DNA of 64,000 bases from Pirellulales bacterium (lineage in GTDB: Bacteria; Planctomycetota; Planctomycetia; Pirellulales; JALHPA01): positions 5,641 to 69,640 of the forward strand of contig JBGSSS010000136.1 of the NCBI GenBank assembly GCA_041736895.1, read 5' to 3'. Below are positions 62,185 through 64,000 of this stretch, one piece after another; position 1 is the stretch's first letter, and the number at the start of each line of letters is the position of its first letter. The notes beneath the pieces were generated by a model. The model was not told the DNA's origin. It ran no database searches and worked only from the letters and a program-made list of their open reading frames with translations. Made by a program: the position numbers and the translations under genes.

Positions 62185-64000
62185 ATGTTGAATGTGACGG
62201 CATGGAAGCAGTGTCAGGGATATTTTGCTTTGGCTTTAATGGGCGGCGCGTTGGCAGGCGTGACCGCGCTCGCACAGCAAGCCCCCAAAGCTCCGGCGGT
62301 GTTGGCTCCCAACATCAGCGCCAAGCGAATCCCAATCCCAGCTCCGGCGCCAACGATTCCACAAGCTCCGTCGAAGTTCGCGCCGACGCAACCGACGCCT
62401 GCGCCGCTTGTTCCGCCGGGCCTGCGCAGCGCGCGGCGTGACCCGCACTTGCCGAACACTGCGCAACCGGTTCCGTCAACAACTCCGGTTGTTAAGCCCG
62501 CCGCGCCCAAGACGGTTCCGGCCAAACCCGTCCCGGTGTCGCCAGCCCCAACATCGCAATCCAAGCCAACGCCCAAAACAGAAATCGCCAAGCCCACGAC
62601 CCCGCCGGCGCAACTAAGTCCAGCCCAGCCACGACCAGCAGAATCGTCGGCGGTTGCCGCCGCGGTGAAGTCCGCGCCGCTGACGCCCGAATTGGTCCGG
62701 CTGAAGAACAAAATCAACGAGACGCTGGCCGTCTACTCGAAACGGCATCAAAACACACGCGACAACACGCCGTGGGAAGTGATGCATGCTTTTGTCGCGT
62801 TCAATGTCCGCACCGAAATCCGTCGCAATGGACCGAATGGTCCGCCGGTCAACGCGATCGGTTGGATTCTCTGGGGCCAACGCTGCAACGGCCAACCTTT
62901 GCTCACGTTATCGAATGGCCATCCCAAGGCCGAAATCGGCGTTGGCGTGCAAGGTCACCCCGGCCAGCTCACCGCGATTCTCGCGCAATCGCGCGTCAGC
63001 ATCGACACGCCGCTGAAAATCCAGGGCCGGGACTTCACGCTGCGTGACCTGCTCGAAGAAGAACGCCTCGGCTGCCGGCCGAACACCGAATTGACGTTTA
63101 GGCTGATCGCTCTCAGTCATTATTACGATCTGGATGAAACCTGGACGTCGAGCGATGGTCAGGAATGGAGCATTCCGCGGATCATCGAAGAAGAACTAAA
63201 AGCCCCGATCCGCGGCGCGGCCTGCGGCGGAACGCACCGATTGTTTGGCTTGACCTACGCCTATCAGCAACGTCTGAAGCGCGGCCAGCCGCTCGATGGC
63301 TCCTATGCCAAGGCCAAAGCCTACATCGAGAACTATCAGAAATACGCCTGGAGCTTGATGAATCCCGACGGCTCGTTCAGCACCTCGTGGTTCAACAAGG
63401 CCGAAAACCGCTCCGATGTCGATCGCAAGATCCAAACGACGGGCCATGTCATGGAATGGCTCATCCTCGCGCAAAACGATGCCGAACTCCGTTCCCCGCG
63501 GATGATGCGCGCAATGGATTACTTGGCAACACATCTGAAAAACGATCCGCAGCACGAGTGGAAACTTGGTCCGATGGGCCATGCCTTGCACACCCTGGTG
63601 ATGTACAACGAGCGAGTCTTTGGCGCGCCCAAGGTACCTGCCGAGATGGTCGCCAGTAGGGTCAAGCCAACTCAGCCGGCTCCGCAGCCGCAAAACCCGC
63701 TCAATCCCCAACCGGCGCAGCAACAGCCAATCAAGCAGCAACCGCTCTTCCCCGGCCAACCGCTGCCGCTTGAAGCGCCCTCGGCACCGAACTTGATCCC
63801 CGCGACGCCGCTCAAACAGCCGCAGGCCGAGGCCAAGCCAGATGCGAAGCCGATGCCTGAAGCAAAGCCGATCCCGGTAGAGGTCAATCCGTTTGAGGAC
63901 GAACCCGAGGCCAAGGTTCCCATGCCGGTCGATGCGCCGGATCTCGGACCAGGGCCGGCGAATTTGGCGCCGCCCAAGAAGCAGCGCGGCGACCAAGGCC
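62185..64000 (+). CDS. secreted Pro-rich protein with a conserved central domain (3' partial, runs off window)
   Basis: It is absent from the ORF track because no stop is reached. I translated 62185-63999 by hand and found no stop. An in-frame TGA lies at 62161-62163. Signal-like sequence MLNVTAWKQCQGYFALALMGGALAGVTALAQQ. The central domain contains ACGGTHRLFGL, NPDGSFSTSWF and TGHVMEWL. Confidence 0.65.
   Translation, partial: MLNVTAWKQCQGYFALALMGGALAGVTALAQQAPKAPAVLAPNISAKRIPIPAPAPTIPQAPSKFAPTQPTPAPLVPPGLRSARRDPHLPNTAQPVPSTTPVVKPAAPKTVPAKPVPVSPAPTSQSKPTPKTEIAKPTTPPAQLSPAQPRPAESSAVAAAVKSAPLTPELVRLKNKINETLAVYSKRHQNTRDNTPWEVMHAFVAFNVRTEIRRNGPNGPPVNAIGWILWGQRCNGQPLLTLSNGHPKAEIGVGVQGHPGQLTAILAQSRVSIDTPLKIQGRDFTLRDLLEEERLGCRPNTELTFRLIALSHYYDLDETWTSSDGQEWSIPRIIEEELKAPIRGAACGGTHRLFGLTYAYQQRLKRGQPLDGSYAKAKAYIENYQKYAWSLMNPDGSFSTSWFNKAENRSDVDRKIQTTGHVMEWLILAQNDAELRSPRMMRAMDYLATHLKNDPQHEWKLGPMGHALHTLVMYNERVFGAPKVPAEMVASRVKPTQPAPQPQNPLNPQPAQQQPIKQQPLFPGQPLPLEAPSAPNLIPATPLKQPQAEAKPDAKPMPEAKPIPVEVNPFEDEPEAKVPMPVDAPDLGPGPANLAPPKKQRGDQG

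Noticed and set aside
62130-62441. Track ORFs 62130-62441 (+), 62214-62717 (-) and 63196-63996 (-).
   Set aside because: They overlap the longer open-ended frame that starts at 62185. That frame has a signal peptide and protein-like composition, whereas these alternatives are Arg/Gly-rich shadow frames.

Overview
The window is a G+C-rich, gene-dense bacterial chromosomal segment. The gene content (H4MPT-linked C1-transfer accessory genes, a DUF11 repeat protein, many Pro-rich secreted proteins, an ECF sigma module) fits a Planctomycetota (Pirellulales-like) genome best, but I cannot verify this without a database search. I support about 61 protein-coding genes. Housekeeping genes are ettA, argG, hisB, purC, galE, glnS, gltX, rnd, eda, cutA, an Fe/Mn superoxide dismutase, an RluA-family pseudouridine synthase and an RlmM-like methyltransferase. 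Recognisable modules are two PIN toxin/antitoxin pairs, an ECF sigma/anti-sigma operon, a flotillin/NfeD pair, a TonB/TonB-dependent receptor/HemP locus, an ATP-grasp/hydantoinase-like/kinase-like H4MPT cluster plus a distant DUF556 gene, and a VTC-domain/DUF4956 cluster. The rest are hypothetical secreted or membrane proteins. I found no rRNA, tRNA, CRISPR array, transposase, integrase or canonical defence system. The most unusual features are non-genic or intragenic: (1) an AT-rich, in-frame ~115-codon insertion in gltX, next to a low-GC membrane gene and a C-terminally extended glnS; (2) several families of short palindromic interspersed repeats, including two MITE-like families, one of which has an exact 26-nt arm embedded in-frame in a coding sequence; (3) a helically phased T-tract array in an 805-bp gene-free gap that also holds a near-consensus promoter with no ORF; (4) a diverged duplicate of the VTC gene 5' end flanking a small repeat-protein cassette. 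My best candidate for a poorly described functional system is the VTC/DUF4956/HlyD-like/CutA cluster. That call rests on inference only.
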